64,000 bases of DNA from Spirochaetota bacterium (GTDB lineage: Bacteria; Spirochaetota; UBA12135; COTS27; CBDBHE01): positions 288,001-352,000 of the forward strand of contig CBDBHE010000007.1 in assembly GCA_965205605.1 (NCBI GenBank). The letters are read 5' to 3'. Of the stretch, positions 9,460-18,881 are shown one piece after another (the stretch's first letter is position 1; each line of letters opens with the position of its first letter). Made by a program: the position numbers and the translations under genes. Under the pieces are notes generated by a model. The model did not search any database. It saw only the letters and a list, made by a program, of their open reading frames with translations, and was not told the origin of the DNA.

Positions 9460-10653
9460 GTGATAGTGCTAGGCATAGAGACGTCTTGTGATGACACGTG
9501 TGTAGGGATTGTAAAAGACGGGAAGGAAGTGTTAAGTCATGAAAAAAGTGATCAGGGAGAGTTTCATCGATGGTATGGGGGTGTGGTTCCTGAAATTGCC
9601 AGTCGAAAGCACTTAGAGATGGTTTTAGTGACTTTAGAGGGAGCGTTAAAAAAAGGGCACTGTGGATTAGAAGACATTGATCTCATCTGTGCGACGAGTG
9701 AGCCAGGGTTAGTGGGGTCTTTACAAATAGGGGTGAATGTTGCTAAGAGTTTGGCGTTTAGCTTGGGGAAGGCGTTTTTACCCATCAATCATTTAGCGGG
9801 GCATTTGTATTCTTTACATTTAGAGCAGGCGTGTGCCGAAGAGTTTTTGGGAGTAATTGTTTCAGGGGGGCATACTCTGCTTGTGCATGTGAAAAACCCC
9901 TTAGAGATGACGATTTTAGGCACGACATTAGACGATGCCATTGGGGAAGTGTTTGACAAAATTGGTTATTTTTTTAAATTAGGGTATCCAGGGGGGCCTC
10001 TGATTGAAAAGAAAGCAAAAAGAGGAAACGCAAAAGCGTATAAGTTTCCGATGGCCAAAATTAAAGACAGAGATAATCCGTATGCGATGAGCTATTCGGG
10101 TTTAAAAACAGCGGTGATTCACAACCGTAGGCAGTACCGTGCCCCTGGTTTTAATCACAAGGATTTTTGTTTAAACGATTTACTGGCGTCGTTTCAAAAG
10201 AGTGCTTTTTCATCGATTGTGAGTCAAAGCAAGAAAGCGGCTAAAAACCTTCATTTAAAAACAGTCGGTGTTTGTGGAGGGGTGGCTGCTAGTAAAAGGC
10301 TACAACAATTTTATAAAGAAGAGAGGGTGTTTTCTAAAATTATTTTCCCCAAAAAAAAAACCTATTGTGTGGATAATGCTGCAATGATCGCAGGGCTCGG
10401 AGGGTATGTGGCCAGAGTCAATCCCGAGATACTCAAAGGAAGTTTTAATGAAAAAAGTGAGTATCTTAGACAAGGAAGTCGTAGTCGTTTGTTTGAAAAA
10501 AACACAGGGGGTCTTGGTTTTAAAAAAAAGAAAAACCCTTTAAAGAAAAGCGCAAAGAAAAGCTCTTTAGGGATTTTATCAGCTGTAGCCCCCCCTTTTA
10601 TCAAGCAAAAAATCAGCGAGCAAGCGTTTCAATCGGCAACCGGCAAAAGATAG
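9460..10653 (+). CDS. tsaD: tRNA N6-adenosine threonylcarbamoyltransferase
   Basis: LGIETSCDDT, GGVVPEIASRKH, HLAGH, VSGGHT, DDAIGEVFDK, DNAAMI. Confidence 0.96.
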   Translation: MIVLGIETSCDDTCVGIVKDGKEVLSHEKSDQGEFHRWYGGVVPEIASRKHLEMVLVTLEGALKKGHCGLEDIDLICATSEPGLVGSLQIGVNVAKSLAFSLGKAFLPINHLAGHLYSLHLEQACAEEFLGVIVSGGHTLLVHVKNPLEMTILGTTLDDAIGEVFDKIGYFFKLGYPGGPLIEKKAKRGNAKAYKFPMAKIKDRDNPYAMSYSGLKTAVIHNRRQYRAPGFNHKDFCLNDLLASFQKSAFSSIVSQSKKAAKNLHLKTVGVCGGVAASKRLQQFYKEERVFSKIIFPKKKTYCVDNAAMIAGLGGYVARVNPEILKGSFNEKSEYLRQGSRSRLFEKNTGGLGFKKKKNPLKKSAKKSSLGILSAVAPPFIKQKISEQAFQSATGKR

Positions 10654-10693
10654 GTAAAAAGATAGGTAAAAAAAAAAAAAGAAAGAAAACAAA

Positions 10694-11482
10694 ATGAAAA
10701 AAGGCATGCATTTTTTTAGACCTTGTCTTGATTTGCATGAAGGGAAGGTCAAGCAAATTGTCGGAAAAAGCCTAGGGAAAAGAGAAGGAATAAGAGAAAA
10801 CTTTGTAAGTGATCTCAGTAGTGAAGCTATCGCTCAAGTATACCGAAGAGATGGTTTACAAGGAGGGCACATGATTTTGCTAGGAGGAAAAGAAGGCAGG
10901 CAAGCAAACGAGCAAGCCGCTCTAAAGGCTCTAAAGGCCTACCCCAATGGGCTACAAGTAGGGGGAGGGGTGACAAGGGACAATGCTCTTTACTGGCTAA
11001 AGCAAGGAGCTAGTGGGGTGATTGTGACGTCGTTTATTTTAAGTGAAGAAGGGATTAATATAAATCGTTTAAAGCAACTGAAAAAAATCATCGGTCGAAA
11101 GCAATTAATTTTAGATTTAAGTGTGAAAAAAAAAGCAAAAGGAACCTATGTGATTGCCACAAAACAATGGCAAAAACAAACTAATCTTGTGTTAAATCAA
11201 GAGCGACTGGAAACATTAAGTGAGTATTGTGAAGAGTTTTTAATTCATTCTATTGACGCTGAGGGGGAAAAAAAAGGAGCTGATAAAGAGCTGATACGTT
11301 TACTCGTAAAGCTTTCGCCCATCAAAACCGTGTATGCAGGAGGCATCTCTAGCTACCAAGAAATTGAATGGATCGAGCACCTGAGTAAACAACATCAAAA
11401 CAAACTATTTTATAGTGTAGGGAGTGCGTTAGATTTGTTTGGAGGCGAGGGACTGTCGTATCAAAAGCTATCTTCGAGGTAA
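10694..11482 (+). CDS. hisA: ProFAR isomerase, eukaryotic His6-type
   Basis: FRPCLDLHEGKVKQIVG, LQVGGG, EFLIHSIDAEG, YAGGI, VGSALDLFGG. Confidence 0.88.
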   Translation: MKKGMHFFRPCLDLHEGKVKQIVGKSLGKREGIRENFVSDLSSEAIAQVYRRDGLQGGHMILLGGKEGRQANEQAALKALKAYPNGLQVGGGVTRDNALYWLKQGASGVIVTSFILSEEGININRLKQLKKIIGRKQLILDLSVKKKAKGTYVIATKQWQKQTNLVLNQERLETLSEYCEEFLIHSIDAEGEKKGADKELIRLLVKLSPIKTVYAGGISSYQEIEWIEHLSKQHQNKLFYSVGSALDLFGGEGLSYQKLSSR

Positions 11483-11687
11483 GGGAGAGAAGGTTTTTAA
11501 AACTTTTTTATCTTTAAACGTCTTTAAGCTGTTTTTATTTTTAAATGGGGGCACAAACTTTAAGTCATTGATTTTTTTTTTCTTTTTTTTTCCTTGTGTT
11601 TTCTTTCCTTGTGTCTTTTTTCCTTGGGCTTTTTTTTTCATTTTTATTCTCCATCATTTTATTTTTAATTCATTTTATTTTTAAGAG

Positions 11688-11849
11688 CTACTTTTTTTTT
11701 TTATTTTTACCGAAAAAGACGGCCTTGATACTATAAAAAGCAATCAGGATGAAGATGCCAATCATAAATAAACGAAAGGTCAGCTTCCACAAAATAAGGA
11801 TGATGACAATTTGTAATAATAACACTAATGGTTTTTTTAAGTTTTTCAT
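11688..11849 (-). CDS. Small membrane protein
   Basis: MKNLKKPLVLLLQIVIILILW...; two hydrophobic segments; start overlaps the folB stop. Confidence 0.5.
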   Translation of the reverse strand: MKNLKKPLVLLLQIVIILILWKLTFRLFMIGIFILIAFYSIKAVFFGKNKKKK

Positions 11850-12304
11850 GTTGTTTTTTTCTCCTTGTTTTTTTTTTCTTGGTACCAATAAACGGCCCCA
11901 AATCGAGCATTTTTAATAGCGGTGAGTTTTTTCAGTTTAATCAAGACCGCTTTAATCTTAGTTTGACGAAACAAAAAACGAGTCAAGTCTGCTGCAAAGC
12001 CTTCTAGAAGATACGGTTTTGTTTTTAGAAACAAAGCCCTAATGTCTGCTGCCAAAAGGGCATAATCGATGGTTTCTTTCAAGCTCTCACTTGTTGAAGT
12101 AAAACTTAAGGGATTTAAATCTAAAAAAAGAGTTATCGAACAATCAAGCCGTTGTTTTTTTTTTCGTTCTTTTGGATAAACACCGACAATTCCTTTTAAC
12201 TTCAAGTTGGAAATGACCACCCCAAAACCTCTATTAACTGAGTTTGAAAAAGAATTACTTTCAGAAGGCACGATAAAACAAGTTTTTTTTTTTACTAATT
12301 TCAA
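11846..12304 (-). CDS. folB: Dihydroneopterin aldolase
   Basis: GIVGVYPKER, ETIDYA, LLEGFA, IKLKK. Confidence 0.8.
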   Translation of the reverse strand: MKLVKKKTCFIVPSESNSFSNSVNRGFGVVISNLKLKGIVGVYPKERKKKQRLDCSITLFLDLNPLSFTSTSESLKETIDYALLAADIRALFLKTKPYLLEGFAADLTRFLFRQTKIKAVLIKLKKLTAIKNARFGAVYWYQEKKNKEKKTT

Positions 12305-13293
12305 CTAATTTTATTTTGAGTTTCACCTTTTAAAAAAGCATGAATATTATTAAAAGCAAGTTTTAAAAGACGCTTTCTAGCAGAAAAGCTTGCCCAAGCA
12401 AAATGAGGACTGAGAGTTAAAAGAGAGGCTTTTTTTGGTAAATGAAGAAGGGGATGATTTTTAGGAGGAGGTTCGATAGTGAGGACATCGAGAGCAGCTC
12501 CTTTTATTCTCCGGTGAATAAGGGCAAGGTGCAAATCTTCTTCATCAACGAGCCCTCCTCTTGAAGTGTTAATTAAAATTGCTTCTGGTTTCATTTCATT
12601 AAAAAAAAATCGATTGGCCATTCTATGAGTCTGGGGAATGAGAGGACAATGCAAGCTAATGACATCACTTTTTTGGCAAAGTTCTTTTAGAGAAGCCATC
12701 ATCTTAACACATGTGCCTTTTGAATGGCCACTAGGAGTATAAGCGATGACGTTCATCCCAAAACTTCTCGCTACGCCAGCTGTAAATTGCCCCGTCTCTC
12801 CAAAGCCAACAAGCCCCATCGTCAAATCAGCCATCTCTTGTAAAGGAAAAAGCCAGTAGGCAAAATCTTTTCCTTTTGACCACATGCCTTGTTTAATAGA
12901 GTCTGTGTGTTTTTCAATGCCCATTAAGTGAGTAAAAAGATGAGCAAACACGCATTGGCTCACACTTGCCGTGCTATAAGCAGGAACATTGGTCACGGTA
13001 ATGTTTCTTTTTTTGACCGCCTCTTTATCAATGATTTCATGGCCCGTTGCAAGGACCCCAATATAACGAAGCTTTGGTAGCTTCCTTAAAACCTCTTCCC
13101 TTAAAGAAACTTTGTTGGTTAAAATCATACTCGCTTTACGGCAACGACTGACAATTTGTTTTTCTTGGGTGTGAGAGTAACAAGTGATACGACCAAAACT
13201 CAAAAAATCATCCCAACTCAAATCCCTATCTCGATTGAGAGGGCTTTCATCGAGAACAACTATACGTTCTTGAAGCTTCATTTTCTTTTCCAC
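12301..13293 (-). CDS. D-2-hydroxyacid dehydrogenase (glycerate dehydrogenase-like)
   Basis: TNVPAYST, GFGETG, SDVISLHCPL, INTSRGGLVDE, ALDVLTIEPP, SPHFAWAS. Confidence 0.88.
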   Translation of the reverse strand: MEKKMKLQERIVVLDESPLNRDRDLSWDDFLSFGRITCYSHTQEKQIVSRCRKASMILTNKVSLREEVLRKLPKLRYIGVLATGHEIIDKEAVKKRNITVTNVPAYSTASVSQCVFAHLFTHLMGIEKHTDSIKQGMWSKGKDFAYWLFPLQEMADLTMGLVGFGETGQFTAGVARSFGMNVIAYTPSGHSKGTCVKMMASLKELCQKSDVISLHCPLIPQTHRMANRFFFNEMKPEAILINTSRGGLVDEEDLHLALIHRRIKGAALDVLTIEPPPKNHPLLHLPKKASLLTLSPHFAWASFSARKRLLKLAFNNIHAFLKGETQNKIS

Positions 13294-13362
13294 CTAATTT
13301 TGTAAGGGGCTTTTTTTATCTATCAATTGAATTCCGTGACTTAAGCTACGTTTTGAGCTGCG

Positions 13363-14304
13363 TTATAAAACATTCCCGCTGTCATCAAAGCTTATCATCA
13401 TCCCCTGTGGGTACACCTGCCCTCTGATGCTTGTAGAGGTATGTAATATCCCAGTGGCTACCTCTTCGTTTGGGTGAAAGGTAATTGGCCCCGCACCAAA
13501 AGAAATCATATTTCCCCCTACTTTGATTGTTATAGGTGTTGTAGAAGTATGTAATACCCCCGTGGCTACCTCTCCGCCTGGGTGAAAGGTAATGGGTCCT
13601 CCTCCAAAGGAAGCTGAAGCCCCACTAAAAAGAATTGTATTTTCCCCTACTTGTACTGGTATATTTACTTGCCCGTTGGGTAACGGCCCGCTTTTAATAC
13701 TGCCGTCTGGATAAAAAGTAAACGCCCCGCCAGTAGAAGAACTTATCCCACCACCAAACATTATCACTTGTCCCCCGACCCTTAGGTTTTGAGAGAAGGT
13801 TTCAAGTACAATGGCCCTTTTGACCTGTCCCGTTGCTTCATGAAATTGAATGTCAAAACTATCAAACGTTATCATTTGCTCCCCGACATTTAGCCGTTGA
13901 GGAGTGCCTTTGAGTAAAATGGCACTTTTTACCAGGCCCGTTGGGTAAAAGGTAAGCGTAGACTCTGAAGCAGCAAAGATTGTATTTAACACGTCCCCAT
14001 TTAACTCAATTGGTATCGACTGAACCCTCCCAAGCTCTCCGCTTTTCACATGCCCGTTTGGGTGAAAGGTAATGTCAATGGAGGGGTTCTCAAGATAATC
14101 AATCCCGTCGATGTTTGTCACGGGTGGGGGGGGTGGAAGTGGCGGTCTATTTGTCACGGGTGGGGGAGTGGGTGGCTCGGGTGTGATGGGAGGGGGTACA
14201 ACGACCCCTTCTTCTTCTTCTACTTCCGGCTCGTTTGGCAGCTCTCCACAAGAGACCAAAATCATCAAAAAAGCAACACTAAAAAATAAAGTCGTTTTTG
14301 TCAT
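13363..14304 (-). CDS. Lipoprotein with ITF[HY]xxGxVKSGxL beta-repeats and a Pro-rich linker
   Basis: Lipobox LVSC; repeated TFHPNGHVKSGEL / TFYPTGLVKSAIL / TFYPDGSIKSGPL. Confidence 0.7.
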   Translation of the reverse strand: MTKTTLFFSVAFLMILVSCGELPNEPEVEEEEGVVVPPPITPEPPTPPPVTNRPPLPPPPPVTNIDGIDYLENPSIDITFHPNGHVKSGELGRVQSIPIELNGDVLNTIFAASESTLTFYPTGLVKSAILLKGTPQRLNVGEQMITFDSFDIQFHEATGQVKRAIVLETFSQNLRVGGQVIMFGGGISSSTGGAFTFYPDGSIKSGPLPNGQVNIPVQVGENTILFSGASASFGGGPITFHPGGEVATGVLHTSTTPITIKVGGNMISFGAGPITFHPNEEVATGILHTSTSIRGQVYPQGMMISFDDSGNVL

Positions 14305-14478
14305 CCCTGTTTTACCTCACCTGTAATAAAAATTTGATAGTTTGATTCGTTTTAACAATTTAACCCAAAATATTCTTATCCAAAATATTCTTATCCAAAA
14401 TATTCTTATCAATAGACTCGTATTATCGTATCAAAAAATAATAAAGACTAGGCTTTGCATCCCTTAGTTTATTTTAAA

Positions 14479-15375
14479 TCATCTAATGTTACCTTGTCTA
14501 TCAAAATTTAAAACCGTTCCTGCTAAATACATCACTCCCCCTAGAGCCGAATCCGTGTGTAATGTGCCTGATTTTATCGCTTCGTCTATGTAAAAGCTAA
14601 GCTTCACTCCTCTAAAATGAACCATCATTAACCCTACTCGAAAGTGATGATGTGAGAATAAATCAAGACTTGCAAGAGAGCCGTTTTCATGAAAAGTAAT
14701 CTCCGTTCCTCCGGTAGGTTGGACCTGATTTCCAGCCATTTCTATCGATCCAAGGGGGGTTTCACCGTTGGTTCCTTTCTTAATCCCGCCACTTATGTGA
14801 AAGGTGACTTCAGTATTTTCGTAAAAATAGACATATTCTGCTTTTACTTGTAATGATATCCTACTGCCCATCACTCCGCTTTCTATCTCGCCACCCCTGT
14901 AAAAATTAATCTCACTCCCTCCCTTAAACTCTATCTCCCTTCCCCCTTCTCCTACCTTTCCTACCCTTAGGGTTTGATTTGAACCCAGCACTCCCGTTTC
15001 TACCACTCCCGTTTTTACGGTCCCTATAGGACTCCTAATGTGAAAAGTAATCTCCCCCTCTTTACAAGCGACCTCCTTTCCATCTACTATGATGATTTGA
15101 TTTGAAAGTAACTCTCCGCTTCTTATCCGTCTGCTTGTGTTTGCGTCTGCGTAAAAAGTCGTACTCCCTACTTTAAACGCAACCTCCCTTCCCTCTATCA
15201 TGACAATTTCACTTGTTGGGACCAATTCTTCTTCTTTCTCTTCTTCTTCTTCTTCGGTTATTTCTTCTTGTGTTATTAGGGGTTCTTGGGACAACGAAGA
15301 GAAGGAGGTACAGGAAACTAAAAAGACTAAAATAACCAATAAGGCCATACTAAAAAATAAAGTCGTTTTCTTCAT
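14479..15375 (-). CDS. Lipoprotein with the same beta-repeat family
   Basis: Lipobox LVSC; INFYRGGEIESGVM, ITFHENGSLAS; paralogous signal peptide. Confidence 0.7.
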   Translation of the reverse strand: MKKTTLFFSMALLVILVFLVSCTSFSSLSQEPLITQEEITEEEEEEKEEELVPTSEIVMIEGREVAFKVGSTTFYADANTSRRIRSGELLSNQIIIVDGKEVACKEGEITFHIRSPIGTVKTGVVETGVLGSNQTLRVGKVGEGGREIEFKGGSEINFYRGGEIESGVMGSRISLQVKAEYVYFYENTEVTFHISGGIKKGTNGETPLGSIEMAGNQVQPTGGTEITFHENGSLASLDLFSHHHFRVGLMMVHFRGVKLSFYIDEAIKSGTLHTDSALGGVMYLAGTVLNFDRQGNIR

Positions 15376-15516
15376 GCGTCTCTTGTTTCCTTCCTTTATA
15401 AAAAACTTAATATAAAAAACTTAATCAAAACGTTGTTACTTTATCATTATAGTACGAAAAAATAATAAAGACCAAACCGCTCAAAGCAGCTCCAAGGCGA
15501 TTGATTTTTACAGAGG

Positions 15517-16680
15517 TTAAAATCCTACCCGTTCCCCTTGTTCACTGAAGGTTAGCTCATCATTTTGTAGGTAAGTAGTCTCTCCTATCGTTTGAGTTGA
15601 GGCTAAAGTCCCAGCTTGTATCTGGCCACTTTTGTAAAAGTAAATTGGTTTGTCTGAGCCAAAAGATATCCTATGTACTCCTACTTGCAGGGTTTGGACT
15701 GAGCTTAAATACCCAACTTTAATCTCGCCACTTTCGTAAAAATCAAGAAAAAAAATGCCAAAAGAAAGGCTATTTTGCCCTAAGACAACGGTTTGAGGTG
15801 AAGCTAAAAATCCAGTTTTTAACGCCCCGCTTTCGTAAAAAGAAATTAAATGATTTGCGGCAAAACTTATCTGATTTGCCCCAGTGGAAATGCTTAAAGG
15901 CATGTCTAATGTCCCCCTTAATACCTTGCCACTTTCGTGAAAAGAAAGTTTATCAGAAAAAGTCACCGAGTTTCCCCCTAATTGAAATGTGTGGGCTCCG
16001 GCTAGATTTCCGCCTTCGATTTCGCCCCTTTGGGAAAAGTAAATGCTACCAGAAAAAGTTATCCTATTTCCCCCTAGTAATACCTCTTGAGAACGGTGTA
16101 AAACCCCTGTTTTTACCACGCCGTTGTTGTGAAAAGTCATCCAAGCACGACTAAAATCTAGTGAAAATTCTCCAATCATTATCGATTGAGATGAGACAGG
16201 TAGCTGTCCGCTTTTTACCGTCCCATTTTGGTAAAAATGAATCTCCCCTCGGTCAAATCTCACGTTGTTTCTCCCAACGATTAAAGTTTGCTCTGAGGCT
16301 AATCGTCCGCTTTTTATCGTCCCGTTTTCGTAAAAATTAATCTCCCCAAATCTAACGCTGTTTCTCCCAACGATTAAAGTTTGCTCTGAGGCTAATCGTC
16401 CGCTTTTTACCATCCCGTTTTCGTAAAAATCAATGACTTGGTCTGCAGCATACACTACCCCTCCAATTTCTCCATTCTCTTCTAAAATGCCACTGCGTAC
16501 ATTCCCATTCATATAAAAACTAACACTACCAGCTTTATAAGCTACTAAATAAGCTACTAAAGTTGCTTCCGTGATTTTCTCCTCCTCAAGTAGCTCCCCA
16601 CAAGAAATCAAAATAAGAAAAAAAATACCCCTAAAAAATAAAATTGTTTTTCTCACGGTTGTTTTGACCCCATCATCCAT
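15517..16680 (-). CDS. Lipoprotein with about ten FYExGxxKxGxL repeats
   Basis: Lipobox LISC; repeated FYENGMVKSGRL etc.; internal 93-bp near-exact duplication. Confidence 0.7.
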   Translation of the reverse strand: MDDGVKTTVRKTILFFRGIFFLILISCGELLEEEKITEATLVAYLVAYKAGSVSFYMNGNVRSGILEENGEIGGVVYAADQVIDFYENGMVKSGRLASEQTLIVGRNSVRFGEINFYENGTIKSGRLASEQTLIVGRNNVRFDRGEIHFYQNGTVKSGQLPVSSQSIMIGEFSLDFSRAWMTFHNNGVVKTGVLHRSQEVLLGGNRITFSGSIYFSQRGEIEGGNLAGAHTFQLGGNSVTFSDKLSFHESGKVLRGTLDMPLSISTGANQISFAANHLISFYESGALKTGFLASPQTVVLGQNSLSFGIFFLDFYESGEIKVGYLSSVQTLQVGVHRISFGSDKPIYFYKSGQIQAGTLASTQTIGETTYLQNDELTFSEQGERVGF

Positions 16681-16770
16681 AAAAAATAAAAATCTTTTGT
16701 TTGACTTTAAAGATTAACACCCAATATCAAAATGATAAAAACATTATCAACGCTATTATAATCTAAAAAA

Positions 16771-17031
16771 AATATCAAGCAAAATAAGTCTCTGTTTATG
16801 ATTAGACGTCAAGCATATCAAAAAAAATTAAAATCTTGCTTAAAGAAGAAATGCCAAGCAAAAAGAGTCTTTGTTTAAAAAAAAAAACACATAAAAAAAA
16901 ACATAAAATAATAAAACAAAGAGTATTTCTATTTATGATTAGACGTCAAGCACATTTTTTTTTTATATTCTTGACACTCTTTTTTAAACAGAGATTTTCT
17001 TTGCTTTATTATTTCTTCTTTAATTAAGCAC
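16771..17031. repeat. Cluster of 4 copies of the island-specific intergenic motif (left boundary)
   Basis: tttatgattagacgtcaagca twice; cttgcttaaagaagaaatgccaagca; one inverted copy at ~16969-17031. Confidence 0.8.
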
Positions 17032-17044
17032 ATAAAAAAAAAGT

Positions 17045-18046
17045 TTAACCCAGTCGAGTGCCAACCCAAGTGCGGAAAAACTTCCAATTGATAGGTCTTC
17101 TCAGGCAGATTTTTTTGTAAAACTCATACTGTTCTCCATCCATTGATTTTCTAAGGGCTTTTTGATAACGAGGAAGAAGAACTTCTAAAGCATCAAAAGT
17201 AGAAACCCCCAAACGACCATCATCAGCAAGCTTGTCTTTTAACAGCCCGTAAGAACAATGATTGATGGCTCGCTGAAGAAACTTAACGGCTTGTTTTTGA
17301 CCCACGTTAACAGCCGTATCAAAGAGCTCCATACGGACTTCAAAAGAAGAGATTTTGTGGCATTTAAGAGGAAGCCAAAAAGTGTTTTTATAAAAATCTT
17401 CAACGCTAGCTTGTAAAGAAAGGTGAGAGCTTAAGTTTTTAGGAAAAGCAGACTTGTTTTTTTTAAGCGTATCAATGGTCTTCCATCCAGACCATTTTGG
17501 GTGAAACTTACGAGAAACCCCTCGGTAAGTTTCACCCCCCCTATCATCTTTATCATGGACATAGCCGCCTTCATGATGGAGTGTTTTTTGTAAAATCGCT
17601 TGGAACGTTTGCTGCTCTCCTGTCGTTAAAATAAGTTGCTTTTCAATCCTTTCTTTGGCCTCAATTTGCTTGACAACCACCTTGCTTAACGACCGTTTTT
17701 CACTCATCTTCCCCAGCTCCCCAATGCCCAAAATAGACCCTAAAACAATCATAATCACCCCCTCCCCTATGCCTTCATAAATGGCTAAATATTCTTTTAA
17801 AATCCCTTGTAAAAAAGAAACCCTTCCCAAAAGAGGCGATAAAATTAAAATTAAAAAAAGACCCACAAAACAAAGAGCCGTTAACTGATACAAAAATGTT
17901 GAAAAATTAAGCTTCTTATGCTCGAGCTCCCCCATCAATCGACTGTGTTCTCTTTTTTCCCTCTCTTCCTTGTCCCCTGAAAAACCCGTTATTAAACTCT
18001 TGCTTTCTTTTAAAATATTCCCCACTCCACTTAAAAGATTGATCAT
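17045..18046 (-). CDS. Holin-like membrane domain fused to a GH108 lysozyme with peptidoglycan-binding domain
   Basis: EGGYVHDKDDRGGETYRGVS (GH108), LFDTAVNVG, LQRAIN...DDGRLG; N-terminal TM segments ending LGSILGIGELGKMSEK. Confidence 0.8.
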   Translation of the reverse strand: MINLLSGVGNILKESKSLITGFSGDKEEREKREHSRLMGELEHKKLNFSTFLYQLTALCFVGLFLILILSPLLGRVSFLQGILKEYLAIYEGIGEGVIMIVLGSILGIGELGKMSEKRSLSKVVVKQIEAKERIEKQLILTTGEQQTFQAILQKTLHHEGGYVHDKDDRGGETYRGVSRKFHPKWSGWKTIDTLKKNKSAFPKNLSSHLSLQASVEDFYKNTFWLPLKCHKISSFEVRMELFDTAVNVGQKQAVKFLQRAINHCSYGLLKDKLADDGRLGVSTFDALEVLLPRYQKALRKSMDGEQYEFYKKICLRRPINWKFFRTWVGTRLG

Positions 18047-18058
18047 TTTTTCTCTCCT

Positions 18059-18202
18059 TTATTTTTTTTTGATACTCTTAACGTTCTTTTTTATTTTTTT
18101 TTGAAACACTTCTTCTGGCATCAGCACCAAAGCCATCAGGGCCACAAAAATAATTAAAGAAGGGCTTAAGTAAACAATTTGTACCATTTCAATTTGGACC
18201 AT
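18059..18202 (-). CDS. Small single-TM protein in the lysis region (47 aa)
   Basis: Translated by hand: MVQIEMVQIVYLSPSLIIFVALMALVLMPEEVFQKKIKKNVKSIKKK*; AAGGA upstream. Confidence 0.45.
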   Translation of the reverse strand: MVQIEMVQIVYLSPSLIIFVALMALVLMPEEVFQKKIKKNVKSIKKK

Positions 18203-18245
18203 TTTATTTTTCCTTTTTTATTTTTCCTTTTTTATTTTTCCTTTT

Positions 18246-18767
18246 TTATTTTTCCTTACAAGTTATCTTTTCTAAGTTGTCTTTTCTAAGTTGCCTTCTC
18301 TGAATTGTTTTTTTTCTTTTTTTAGAGCTACTTGGGGAGTTTTTGGGCTTAAGCTCAAAAGAGATTTTACTTTCTTTTAAACTCAGCAAAAAATGAAACC
18401 CTTCAAACAGCTTGATTGACAAAAAATGAAGTAAAAAACAAAAGGGAGCCATCAGTAAAAAATAAAAATCTCTCCCATCATCCCACGCCTTTTCACTCAT
18501 TTTAAAGGTAATAAACACATACGGGCACACCATCACTGAAAAAGCAACGACTTTACGATGAAGATCAACACTTTCAATGCTTTCAAACGAATCCCTAAAA
18601 ACCCACATCACCATAAATCGAAAGACTTCTGCCATGGCAATCGAAATCAAGATGACCCCTAAAATCATTGAGATGAGACTTTCTTGAGTTAAAAAAGAAA
18701 CGATGTTACAAAAAAACTTTAACAAGTTTTCTTGATTAGAAAATAAAACTTCAATGAACGCCTGCAA
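18246..18767 (-). CDS. Multi-TM membrane protein (possible holin-like lysis accessory)
   Basis: Three hydrophobic segments, basic C-terminus, located between the tail fibre and lysin genes. Confidence 0.45.
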   Translation of the reverse strand: MQAFIEVLFSNQENLLKFFCNIVSFLTQESLISMILGVILISIAMAEVFRFMVMWVFRDSFESIESVDLHRKVVAFSVMVCPYVFITFKMSEKAWDDGRDFYFLLMAPFCFLLHFLSIKLFEGFHFLLSLKESKISFELKPKNSPSSSKKRKKTIQRRQLRKDNLEKITCKEK

Positions 18768-18881
18768 GTTTTTTTTCTTTTAGTTTTTTTTCTTTTAGTT
18801 TTTTTTCTTTTAAAAGGCTAGAAAGGATAAGAAAAGGTTTTTTTTTACCGATGGGTAAAATGGTCTGAGTGAAAGTGGTCA

